This document shows positions 29,505 to 40,885 of a DNA stretch of 64,000 nt, piece by piece. The stretch spans positions 72,974,001 through 73,038,000 of the forward strand of contig NW_026262668.1 of assembly GCF_021869535.1 (NCBI RefSeq), read 5' to 3'. The position numbers were made by a program, and so were the translations under genes. The stretch is from Mytilus californianus (taxonomy: Eukaryota). Below the pieces are notes generated by a model. That model was not told where the DNA came from. It made no database searches and worked only from the letters and a program-made list of their open reading frames with translations. How positions within the stretch are numbered: position 1 is the stretch's first letter; each line of letters starts with the position of its first letter.

Positions 29505-29672
29505 TGGCTGGCTGTCAATAGGACAGCAAACCTGGCTGGCTGTCAATAGGACTGCAAACCTGGCTGGCTGTCAATAGGACTGCAAACCTTGCTGGCTGTC
29601 AATAGGACTGCAAACCTGGCTGGCTGTCAATAGGGCCACAAACCTGGCTGGCTGTCAATAGGACAGCAAACC
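29505..29672 (+). repeat. 28-bp minisatellite, 6 copies (TGGCTGGCTGTCAATAGGAC(A/T)GCAAACC)
   Basis: Copies start at 29505, 29533, 29561, 29589, 29617 and 29645 with few substitutions. Confidence 0.95.
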
Positions 29673-30589
29673 GGGGTTTTATTGTGTTTATTATTGTAAT
29701 TGTTTAAACACAAAAATGGTCAAAGTAAAGTTGAAAACAATTTTGTAATCAGTAACATCATTTAAAAATCCGAAAATCATTAGTTGAGAGGTTCTCAAGT
29801 TATTGCATCAAAACAACATATAATGCTATTTTCCAATCAATCAAATATTGTAACTCGCTGAATGGCTAAAGTGATAATCGTCAATATCGAACTTGATCTC
29901 CATTTTTTCAGCAGTAACAGTAATTTAAAATCAACAAGCATCGGTAGAGTGGTTCTTAATTCATAATCGTCAAAAATAGTTGGAGCTGCTCATACTACCT
30001 GGACAACCGCCATACAATCCCAAAATCAACAACCGGATTTCACTAGGTAACGTAACTAGGTACTTGCATAAAGAATACAACTTAGTACAACCTTAAACAG
30101 ACTAAGCGGACTGAACAGGGGTATCTATAGGTGTTAGGACGATGAGAAATAAAAATGTCTCCAAAACTTTGTTTCCACCTGAGAAATTTAAGAGACAGCA
30201 TACAAACGAGACGGTGTTCTTTCCCGCTATTACTAATTCTCCTTTCCTTTACGTTGGTGTACCGTTGATTTATTCGTAAGTGCGAATATCTCATTGTTTT
30301 TATATGCACATGTTTACACTGAGAGAACGTAATATTTCATAACTGAAACTGCCTGCATAGACACATAGTGATGATACAGACATCGGAAAATTGGTAAAAA
30401 CTTGAAATACATATTGTGACAAGATTTATTGTGGAAATATGACACACTTGCAAGGACTTGATTTTATACGAGTGTACACGCTGATATGTATCGACTGCTT
30501 TACTTATCATGATTAAATTTATGTTAAAAGTCTGTAATATAAAGGTTTAACTACAAGTATCACATAAACTTAACATTATAAATGATCCA

Positions 30590-31226
30590 TGTAAATGAGT
30601 TAAAAGTCAGATGAACCCTGGTAGACAGACATGGAAAACTTATAATCCTACCATACACCAAAGTTAGCTGATTGCTCATAGCAACTGCTGAGAAACAGAC
30701 CTAATTACAAAATCTGAATCAACCAACCAACCATTAAAATGAGGTCAAGGTCAGATAAACCCTGTCAGACAACATGTACACTGAATTCATTCCATATACA
30801 CTAAATAAAGTTGACCTACTGCTTGTTGTATCTGATACATTGACAAAGCCATGAAAACATAACATTGGCAAATGAACATTGATCACTGATCCATGAAATG
30901 AGGTCGAGGTCAGGTGAACCCATATTTGACGGATATGTATAGATATTGCAAAGATCTCAATTACCAATTATAGTTATCCTATTACTCTTAATAAATGACT
31001 ATATCACATGACAAAAACTTATACATTTTTTCCAAACAGTCGCTAAACCATGAAAATGAGGTCAAGGACAATAGATCATATGACAGACAGAAACATCGCA
31101 AAATAAGGCATATCTAGCATATCAAAAGCTTTATATATGATATATAGTTTTCGCCTTGCCGCCATCCCCGCCGGATAAGTAATCCATATCTGTCGCATTC
31201 TGCGACTTTCGTCGTAGGCGAGACAA
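30590..31226 (+). mobile_element. HINE-like element with internal ATGAGGTC(A/G)AGG repeats
   Basis: AAATGAGGTCAAGG recurs at ~30738, ~30897 and ~31056; GC-rich 3' stem-loop-like end TGCGACTTTCGTCGTAGGCGAGACAAAA. Confidence 0.55.
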
Positions 31227-31825
31227 AACTGAATAAGGAAATTTTCAACCAAAACCAATATTCTACTGAAAGAAAAACTATGAATTGTCTTTTAAATACA
31301 AATCAATTATTTTTTCAAAGGGTGTGTCCTTCAAAACAGTGTCTTATTTGTTTGTTTTCGATTCTAAATTATGATTACAATGTGAGCTCTTAATCCTTGT
31401 CTCTGAATTTGACTATATCTGCACATAGTATAGTTTTATTGAGATCTAAGTTGTATAAGTCCAATCAGACACATAGGCACTAACATGCCATCAACATATT
31501 AAATTACTATATTTTTATTTTCAACAGAACATTGGCTTCAAGTAGTCATGTAATACACACACCCTCACATTTGATCACGGATATTTCTGATTTCTTGATT
31601 GAATAAGATATTTGTTTTTCTGAGTTACTGGTTTTAGATTGTAAATATCAAAACTAAATTGTTCAATAAAGTTATCAGTTTATGTAATAGAAATATCTGA
31701 ACGACCAACGCAAACACAATCAAATGTGTTATCAGTTGTAAATTACAGTGGCACACCTTTTACAGATAAAATACAGTCTAACTGTATGTTCTTCCTTGTT
31801 TGAATCGCCATTTTGCATACGAAGA

Positions 31826-33367
31826 ATGAATAGAGAAGAATTCACGCGACAATGGCAAGAAGACCATGGTCCAGGGCGCATAGATAATCGTTCTCCATAT
31901 CAATATGGTGGAAATGAAAATTCTTGGCGAGATCAATTGCCAGATAGAACGGAACAATATAATGGACGTCCCTTGGGAAATAACTACCTTCCAAATGGTA
32001 TCCCATTGCCAGTTCAAAGTGAAAGTGGGCTACATGGACCAGCAGTTCGACGAACAAACCCAATATTTAGCGACAACGAGGAAACACGATTCATGGGACC
32101 TGATTATGATAGAAGAAGTATCGCAGCATCGGACAATTTAGGATTAGATAATCATGGATATTCTGCTTACAATGGTAGAAGATATGAGAGACGACCGTAT
32201 GACCAGAGATCAGCAATTGTAGAATCAAGGAGTGGACCTGGTATGCATATGTACAAAGGGAGAGGAGTTTTATCTGAGCCAGGTACTCGACTGTCAAGAA
32301 ATTGGGAAATTCCGAGAGCCGTTGAAAGTGGTAGTATTGAAGATATTTACCGAAGTACAAGACAACCTAGATCTGTTGCAAATAGTGTTGTAGACTATGG
32401 CAATGTTCCGTCTTGGCACAGATCCTTTGAACCAATTTATTCGGAACCGCATAAAAGCAGGCGTGATTCCGATGCGAGCATGGACATCTCAAAGAAGAAA
32501 ACAGAAATGTCAACAGGCACATTCGTTTCGATTCGTATTTTAGTGATTTTTTTCGTTATATGGGATCTAGTCAATGATTGGATGCTTGCAAGTTCGGGGC
32601 CAATTCAGTTCCTTGGCACATCAGGTGATACTGACCAACAAAATTGTGAACCGAATATTAAAGTGATTAACAAGACATTTAAGATTGATCTATATGCAGT
32701 CGATACATCGATGTGTTTCAACACGAATGATGTTTGGACACTGGCAGCTGTATTTTCTCTCCTGGGATCACTCCTGTCAATTTTGCAAGTAATAAATATT
32801 GTTATGGAAATGATTAAAAAGAGAAAACCAAATTTCTTCCAAATTTTGCAAGGTCACAGTGAAATATGTTTTGTTATGTTTTTCGAAGAACTTCCGCAAA
32901 ACATACTATTTACTATTTATTTCTTCATGTGTGATTGTAAAAAGCTAAAGCCTCATGTGCACCTCTATGCATTGTTGGCCTCTATCAGCGCATGCATAGC
33001 GATGACACTTCGGTTTGCGACGAGTTTTGACACAATTGCAGGGGAGGACGGGTGTTGCAATCTGTGTTGGCGCTGCTGTTGTTGCCGAAACAAGAACTAT
33101 ATTTGCAGGATACAACCAAAAGAATGCTGCTGTATGTGCGATATGCCATGTCCTCTCTGCTGTTGTACACTTGGGTGCAAAATGTGTAGATACACTCCAA
33201 AATCTTGGTGCGCATCGCTTCTTAAAGCATTTTCTTGTGATTGTAGATGTTGCAAAGAAGAAGACGATTCATACGGCATAAGACTAATGAACAATTTTTC
33301 AATTCTTATTTTATGGCTATGCATGGCATTTCAAATTGTTATTTTTTATAGTATGGAAAGTTTCTAA
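31826..33367 (+). CDS. Intronless 513-aa multi-pass membrane protein, XK-related-like, with a long disordered N-terminus and a Cys-rich loop
   Basis: 1.6-kb open frame; first ATG at 31826 (MNREEF). About 5 hydrophobic segments: IRILVIFFVIWDLVNDWMLA, LAAVFSLLGSLLSILQVINIV, ICFVMFFEELPQNILFTIYFF, LYALLASISACIAMTL, FSILILWLCMAFQIVIFYS. The DxxxD and ExxPQ motifs recall the XK family. The coding call is strong; the family call is tentative. Confidence 0.8.
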   Translation: MNREEFTRQWQEDHGPGRIDNRSPYQYGGNENSWRDQLPDRTEQYNGRPLGNNYLPNGIPLPVQSESGLHGPAVRRTNPIFSDNEETRFMGPDYDRRSIAASDNLGLDNHGYSAYNGRRYERRPYDQRSAIVESRSGPGMHMYKGRGVLSEPGTRLSRNWEIPRAVESGSIEDIYRSTRQPRSVANSVVDYGNVPSWHRSFEPIYSEPHKSRRDSDASMDISKKKTEMSTGTFVSIRILVIFFVIWDLVNDWMLASSGPIQFLGTSGDTDQQNCEPNIKVINKTFKIDLYAVDTSMCFNTNDVWTLAAVFSLLGSLLSILQVINIVMEMIKKRKPNFFQILQGHSEICFVMFFEELPQNILFTIYFFMCDCKKLKPHVHLYALLASISACIAMTLRFATSFDTIAGEDGCCNLCWRCCCCRNKNYICRIQPKECCCMCDMPCPLCCCTLGCKMCRYTPKSWCASLLKAFSCDCRCCKEEDDSYGIRLMNNFSILILWLCMAFQIVIFYSMESF

Positions 33368-34249
33368 TCCATACACCTATTTAATTATTAAATGGATACT
33401 ATTTTACAAACTGCCAGACTGTTTGAACGGTGAATAATAGTATAGTGTTCACATATTTTGTTTACTTCAAAATAACTTGTACGGAGCAATTTGACACTTT
33501 GATTTTGCCTCATTCACAAAGGCTTGGTAGATTTCTCAAAAACTTTCATAGATTGCTTAGTGTGTAATGATGCAGTGCTCCTATCATTTCAATAGTTAAC
33601 ACTTAATCTGCAAGTTACTGCTCACTTAAAATGCTTAGGTTATTCAAGAGTAAACAATGTATATATATACATCAGAATTATTTGTTAATGCTAATTGGAA
33701 AGAATGGATTTTGAGGTATGTGGGGTATGGACCGTTGAGCTAATTACTGTTCATTTAGGTTTACAAAAAAAAAAACCGGAATCAGTCTTTTTTTATAATT
33801 TCCATTACATTATTCATAGATATTGTTTAGCGATTTATTGAAATGTTTTTCCAGTTTTTATTGACATTCAAATATTGGTTTAATTTATACTTGAGACTTT
33901 GCTTAAAGTAATACTGGGTTCTCTGCCATCTTAGATTGTTAAATTACAGAACACGGCAGACTAGATTTTTAATGAAATATGCAAATGTTGAGACATAATG
34001 GCAAATAAATTGTAATACTACATTTCTATTAAATGAAGAGAATTGTGTGATTTTATCTTATTATTACGACTGTTTTTACAAATACAGAATATCTTTCGAT
34101 TTCATTATTTTTATTTTAAATAAGTCTTTAAAGGGAGATAACTCAAATTATGAAGATTTACAAAGGAATATACAGTAGGTTTTTCGTTTATGTTTCAGAG
34201 CACATCAAACGTACGGTAACTCAATTTTTTTTTATTTTGCTAAAAAGCA

Positions 34250-34510
34250 TCTTAAGTTAGTAGTTCATCTACAGTGATCATTACCCTGTCAACACTGATG
34301 TTGTGGGTTTGAACCCCCCCCCCCCCCCCCCCCCCCCCCCTCGTTGCAGATGCACTCGACTCCGATCTTAATTGACTAGGATTGCCAGTGTTCCTGCCGA
34401 AGGTCGTTGGTTCTTCCAGGGTACTTCGGCTTCCTTCATCAATAAGAAGTGGTCGCCATGATATAGCCAAGAGTACCAAAAGAGTCGTCAAGCACCAACA
34501 AACAATCAAC
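34250..34510 (+). mobile_element. tRNA-derived SINE containing a 27-nt poly-C tract
   Basis: B-box-like GGTTTGAACC, body similar to 5560-5787 and 49798-50046, CAATCAAC tail. Confidence 0.65.
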
Positions 34511-34679
34511 TAGCTTAAAGACATGTATATACGTTAGTTAAAATATTTAGAATCAATGTCTTTTTGTTTTTCTCCATTTTCGTAATCTCCGTTGATCATG
34601 TCCTTGATGTTTGTTATACATCAGTCGTTAAAAAAAAACCCGGTGGTCTCGTAATAGCGCTTTAAATGCAGAATCTCGT

Positions 34680-34890
34680 TGGCTCTACCCCTGACCGGGT
34701 CAAATGAAAAGCTTTGAAATAATATTAGCTGGCTCTCCACCAAGCATGCGATATTTAGGAGTTAAAGCAAATATTGGTTGGCTCAAAAGTCAGAATATAT
34801 ATATTCGGGTTGGTTGACATGTTCTGCGAACAGTTGTATTTCAACCAAGCATATTGAGAATCTGGCTCACTGTGTCGTTCTAATACAAGG
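34680..34890 (+). mobile_element. Decayed tRNA-derived SINE of a second family
   Basis: Shares TTAGGAGT..AGCAAATATTGGT.GGCTC.AAGTCAGAAT with the better-preserved copy at 53205-53445. Confidence 0.6.
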
Positions 34891-34999
34891 CAGGGTTCAA
34901 GATCAAACCACATAAACATGAAATCATCCTGAAGTGTATGTCATACTTGCAGCTGATCACATTTATTGCAAAATAAACATCAACTTTTTTCTTCTAAAT

Positions 35000-35660
35000 G
35001 TGTTGATTAGATTAAATGTCCTGGCATTATACTACAAACAAACTTAAAATGATCAAAACATACAAAGAACGTCATAGCTAATGGCAACAAATCACTAGGC
35101 TTCCTAAAAAAAACATCAAATGATATTTACTGGCTCTATCAAGCCAGAACATCAAAAGTCAGACATAAATGTCACTTGTTCGACCAAAACGGGAGTATTC
35201 GTGCTCAGTTTGGGACCCTCATTCTGCGGAGCAGACCTAAACAATTGAAATAGTTCAAAGAAGAGCTCCCAGATGTGTCTCGATCGATACCATAACATCC
35301 GCATCAGAAATGAAAAAGTAACACGTTAAACTGGCCAGCATTACAATAAAGGATAACATGTACAAGATCAATTATGTTCTACAAGATTGTTCATAATATT
35401 CTAGCAATTTCATTCACTATGCTAATAGATCTGACATCTGACATGACAGTAGAATTAACACCAAAAAAAAATCATGACTCAACATACATGCAAATTTGAA
35501 CCACTAAAGATACATACAAATTATCATTCTTTCTGTATATATACAATAATTCAATGGAAATTGCTACCACCACATACAATACCCCACCCCCTTTCCAAGG
35601 CTGACATGTTTAGGGAACAGCTGTACTCAGTATCTTTATGCAAAACGCATATACATTTGT
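35000..35660 (+). pseudogene. 3' remnant of a non-LTR retrotransposon (CR1/L2-type RT C-terminus)
   Basis: Broken frames read NKSLGFL, SLVRPKREYSCSVWDP, IEIVQRRAPRCV and QWKLLP, typical of the post-RT region of CR1/L2-group LINEs; many stops and frameshifts. Confidence 0.7.
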
Positions 35661-36417
35661 ACTTAGTTTTAATCACAAATTCAAAATTGCCCACTCAATC
35701 ACTGTGTATATATTATTTCACTTTTCGATAGAATTTCCCTTTTTTTGGGGCCTAAATTTGTAAAAAATTACACAACGACCACGCAGTGCCAACAGTATCT
35801 TTATTCGGTTCCATTGAAGGAATACTGAATCCTTGGAAATTCGCTAAAAAATATTTACTTAATTTCTAGGCCTGCCCGGCATTACATGTATGATTTGCTC
35901 GTGTCCGATGACGTCGCAAAATGTATCTGTTGGAAAGCATCACAATTCGTCTATTCACAGAGCAAATTTACGGAAGCGTTTTAGGGCCATAGTAAAAATC
36001 AAATACATATTGAACTCTTTTTTTTCGAAAATTTTGAATTTTAAAATTATAAAATTTCGACTTAAACTAGAAATTTTAACTTTTCAAATCTCGAAATTCG
36101 AATTTAATATCTTATTTTATTTTGCATTCAGTGTAGATGCATTTTTTTAAATTCCTCTTAACAAGATATTTCATTAGTAAGACAAAATATTTTGCATTAC
36201 TTTTACAGTTCCAAGACATATGGAACTTAAAGAGACTAGAAATCCCACTTTTATATGGTTCATTATCATAGATCATCAAGTTACTTCATTGCAAGCGAAA
36301 TGCCGTTCTTACATTGTTGGGATAAATATTACGTATGAATTAAGCATACAGATGGAAATTATGACCTTGGATCGTTTTGTTTCGAGTTTCGGTTGCGGGT
36401 TTTGTTCAAGTGTATCT

Positions 36418-36626
36418 CGACGGGTGCCACGTGTGGAGCAGGATCTGCTTACCCTGTCGGAGCACCTGAGATCACCCCCAGTTTTTGGTGGGGTTTGTGT
36501 TGCTCAGTATTTAGTTTACATTTTGTGTTGTGCATGTTGTTTGTCTATTGGTCTTTTTCTTTTTTAGGCATGGCGTTGTCAGTTTATTTTCGACTTATGA
36601 GTTTAAATGTCCCTTTGGTATCTTTT
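36418..36626 (+). mobile_element. Penelope-like 3'/LTR-like repeat (GGAGCAGGATCTGCTTACCC...GGAGCACCTGAGATCACCCC), carried in each triplicated unit
   Basis: Also at ~38251-38459 and ~40084-40292; same sequence follows the RT fragment at 54555-54789; reverse copies at ~48740-48925 and ~46170-46340. Confidence 0.8.
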
Positions 36627-37219
36627 TCTGTGACATGATTTCTGTAAATTGATAATTTCAAAAGATTTCCGTCTTACATACTGCACAGTATATCGCGTAC
36701 AGATAAACAGATAACGTGTGTGAAAGAAACTACTTAAAAAGAAGGAACATGCTTAAAGTGCATGAGCCAAGTAAATATATACTCTTAAGAACTCCGTTCG
36801 AAGGTGAAATAATTTACATGAAACACACACTATACTATAAGGTTGACAATATTATAGTGTACTTTTTTTCTAATTTTATAGATTATATTTCATGCAGACA
36901 ATAGTATTGCAATATTTGATTTAAATTGTACACGTATAAATATCTGTTATTCAGCAAAAGGTTATGGTTAATAAACACGATACACAAAACATTTTAAACA
37001 TTTCTTGATTTCCGATGAAAACATTTAAAACGCATATGAAATTTATGAATTATATAAAGAAATGGGCTAATATAATAAGGAAGTACATTGTACTTGGAAA
37101 AATGCACACAATGAATATAAGGATCTTGTAGACCTATATTGCGTCAGGGACCTTTTTTAGGAACACATGTAAAAAAAAAATTTTACAACTTCCGACACTT
37201 CCGTGATATTAATGATAAA

Positions 37220-37438
37220 ATGGATGAACAAAGCAAAGTAGTGATCCGAAAAGTGCACCGAATATTTATAGAGAATCTAGATCCAAATTACGTCATGGAC
37301 TTTCTTTATGAAATTGATGTTTTTAACGCAAGTATTTGTGAGAAATTGCGAAGTATCGAATTCAGAGGGGACAGAGCTCGAATGTTCATGTTCTTAGTGA
37401 CGAGCATGGATACTCTAACACCCCCTTTCCAAGGCTGA
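37220..37438 (+). CDS. Truncated CARD-only ORF, copy 1 (72 aa: 67 aa of CARD plus PPFQG*)
   Basis: Identical to codons 1-67 of the 40886 gene; the stop comes from the duplication junction. Expression unknown. Confidence 0.5.
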   Translation: MDEQSKVVIRKVHRIFIENLDPNYVMDFLYEIDVFNASICEKLRSIEFRGDRARMFMFLVTSMDTLTPPFQG

Positions 37439-39052
37439 CATGTTTAGGGAACAGCTGTACTCAGTATCTTTATGCAAAACGCATATACATTTGTACTTAG
37501 TTTTAATCACAAATTCAAAATTGCCCACTCAATCACTGTGTATATATTATTTCACTTTTCGATAGAATTTCCCTTTTTTTGGGGCCTAAATTTGTAAAAA
37601 ATTACACAACGACCACGCAGTGCCAACAGTATCTTTATTCGGTTCCATTGAAGGAATACTGAATCCTTGGAAATTCGCTAAAAAATATTTACTTAATTTC
37701 TAGGCCTGCCCGGCATTACATGTATGATTTGCTCGTGTCCGATGACGTCGCAAAATGTATCTGTTGGAAAGCATCACAATTCGTCTATTCACAGAGCAAA
37801 TTTACGGAAGCGTTTTAGGGCCATAGTAAAAATCAAATACATATTGAACTCTTTTTTTCGAAAATTTTGAATTTTAAAATTATAAAATTTCGACTTAAAC
37901 TAGAAATTTTAACTTTTCAAATCTCGAAATTCGAATTTAATATCTTATTTTATTTTGCATTCAGTGTAGATGCATTTTTTTAAATTCCTCTTAACAAGAT
38001 ATTTCATTAGTAAGACAAAATATTTTGCATTACTTTTACAGTTCCAAGACATATGGAACTTAAAGAGACTAGAAATCCCACTTTTATATGGTTCATTATC
38101 ATAGATCATCAAGTTACTTCATTGCAAGCGAAATGCCGTTCTTACATTGTTGGGATAAATATTACGTATGAATTAAGCATACAGATGGAAATTATGACCT
38201 TGGATCGTTTTGTTTCGAGTTTCGGTTGCGGGTTTTGTTCAAGTGTATCTCGACGGGTGCCACGTGTGGAGCAGGATCTGCTTACCCTGTCGGAGCACCT
38301 GAGATCACCCCCAGTTTTTGGTGGGGTTTGTGTTGCTCAGTATTTAGTTTACATTTTGTGTTGTGCATGTTGTTTGTCTATTGGTCTTTTTCTTTTTTAG
38401 GCATGGCGTTGTCAGTTTATTTTCGACTTATGAGTTTAAATGTCCCTTTGGTATCTTTTTCTGTGACATGATTTCTGTAAATTGATAATTTCAAAAGATT
38501 TCCGTCTAACATACTGCACAGTATATCGCGTACAGATAAACAGATAACGTGTGTGAAAGAAACTACTTAAAAAGAAGGAACATGCTTTAAGTGCATGAGC
38601 CAAGTAAATATATACTCTTAAGAACTCCGTTCGAAGGTGAAATAATTTACATGAAACACACACTATACTATAAGGTTGACAATATTATAGTGTACTTTTT
38701 TTCTAATTTTATAGATTATATTTCATGCAGACAATAGTATTGCAATATTTGATTTAAATTGTACACGTATAAATATCTGTTATTCAGCAAAAGGTTATGG
38801 TTAATAAACACGATACACAAAACATTTTAAACATTTCTTGATTTCCGATGAAAACATTTAAAACGCATATGAAATTTATGAATTATATAAAGAAATGGGC
38901 TAATATAATAAGGAAGTACATTGTACTTGGAAAAATGCACACAATGAATATAAGGATCTTGTAGACCTATATTGCGTCAGGGACCTTTTTTAGGAACACA
39001 TGTAAAAAAAAAATTTTACAACTTCCGACACTTCCGTGATATTAATGATAAA

Positions 39053-39271
39053 ATGGATGAACAAAGCAAAGTAGTGATCCGAAAAGTGCACCGAATATTT
39101 ATAGAGAATCTAGATCCAAATTACGTCATGGACTTTCTTTATGAAATTGATGTTTTTAACGCAAGTATTTGTGAGAAATTGCGAAGTATCGAATTCAGAG
39201 GGGACAGAGCTCGAATGTTCATGTTCTTAGTGACGAGCATGGATACTCTAACACCCCCTTTCCAAGGCTGA
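39053..39271 (+). CDS. Truncated CARD-only ORF, copy 2 (72 aa)
   Basis: Same as copy 1, shifted by 1833 bp. Confidence 0.5.
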   Translation: MDEQSKVVIRKVHRIFIENLDPNYVMDFLYEIDVFNASICEKLRSIEFRGDRARMFMFLVTSMDTLTPPFQG

Positions 39272-40885
39272 CATGTTTAGGGAACAGCTGTACTCAGTAT
39301 CTTTATGCAAAACGCATATACATTTGTACTTAGTTTTAATCACAAATTCAAAATTGCCCACTCAATCACTGTGTATATATTATTTCACTTTTCGATAGAA
39401 TTTCCCTTTTTTTGGGGCCTAAATTTGTAAAAAATTACACAACGACCACGCAGTGCCAACAGTATCTTTATTCGGTTCCATTGAAGGAATACTGAATCCT
39501 TGGAAATTCGCTAAAAAATATTTACTTAATTTCTAGGCCTGCCCGGCATTACATGTATGATTTGCTCGTGTCCGATGACGTCGCAAAATGTATCTGTTGG
39601 AAAGCATCACAATTCGTCTATTCACAGAGCAAATTTACGGAAGCGTTTTAGGGCCATAGTAAAAATCAAATACATATTGAACTCTTTTTTTCGAAAATTT
39701 TGAATTTTAAAATTATAAAATTTCGACTTAAACTAGAAATTTTAACTTTTCAAATCTCGAAATTCGAATTTAATATCTTATTTTATTTTGCATTCAGTGT
39801 AGATGCATTTTTTTAAATTCCTCTTAACAAGATATTTCATTAGTAAGACAAAATATTTTGCATTACTTTTACAGTTCCAAGACATATGGAACTTAAAGAG
39901 ACTAGAAATCCCACTTTTATATGGTTCATTATCATAGATCATCAAGTTACTTCATTGCAAGCGAAATGCCGTTCTTACATTGTTGGGATAAATATTACGT
40001 ATGAATTAAGCATACAGATGGAAATTATGACCTTGGATCGTTTTGTTTCGAGTTTCGGTTGCGGGTTTTGTTCAAGTGTATCTCGACGGGTGCCACGTGT
40101 GGAGCAGGATCTGCTTACCCTGTCGGAGCACCTGAGATCACCCCCAGTTTTTGGTGGGGTTTGTGTTGCTCAGTATTTAGTTTACATTTTGTGTTGTGCA
40201 TGTTGTTTGTCTATTGGTCTTTTTCTTTTTTAGGCATGGCGTTGTCAGTTTATTTTCGACTTATGAGTTTAAATGTCCCTTTGGTATCTTTTTCTGTGAC
40301 ATGATTTCTGTAAATTGATAATTTCAAAAGATTTCCGTCTAACATACTGCACAGTATATCGCGTACAGATAAACAGATAACGTGTGTGAAAGAAACTACT
40401 TAAAAAGAAGGAACATGCTTTAAGTGCATGAGCCAAGTAAATATATACTCTTAAGAACTCCGTTCGAAGGTGAAATAATTTACATGAAACACACACTATA
40501 CTATAAGGTTGACAATATTATAGTGTACTTTTTTTCTAATTTTATAGATTATATTTCATGCAGACAATAGTATTGCAATATTTGATTTAAATTGTACACG
40601 TATAAATATCTGTTATTCAGCAAAAGGTTATGGTTAATAAACACGATACACAAAACATTTTAAACATTTCTTGATTTCCGATGAAAACATTTAAAACGCA
40701 TATGAAATTTATGAATTATATAAAGAAATGGGCTAATATAATAAGGAAGTACATTGTACTTGGAAAAATGCACACAATGAATATAAGGATCTTGTAGACC
40801 TATATTGCGTCAGGGACCTTTTTTAGGAACACATGTAAAAAAAATTTTTTACAACTTCCGACACTTCCGTGATATTAATGATAAA

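Noticed and set aside
29505-29672. CRISPR-like regular repeats
   Set aside because: Units are contiguous with no unique spacers, there are no cas genes, and the context is eukaryotic.
30140-30277. ATG-initiated 45-codon frame ending at a GTAAGT donor upstream of the XK-like gene
   Set aside because: No convincing phase-compatible acceptor or homology; possibly a 5' UTR exon, not supportable as CDS.
31748-31825. ORF-track start (GTG) extending the membrane protein to 539 aa; likewise TTG starts at 37139, 38972 and 40805
   Set aside because: Non-ATG starts come from a prokaryote-style ORF caller; the first ATGs (31826; 37220, 39053, 40886) were used instead.
34314-34340. 27-nt poly-C/poly-G tract (G-quadruplex potential)
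   Set aside because: Homopolymer expansion inside a SINE copy; length is also error-prone in sequencing.
36220-36638. 115-aa and 81-aa ORFs repeated three times (36220, 38053, 39886 and overlapping frames)
   Set aside because: They run through a Penelope-derived repeat and recur only because of the triplication; no domain signal.
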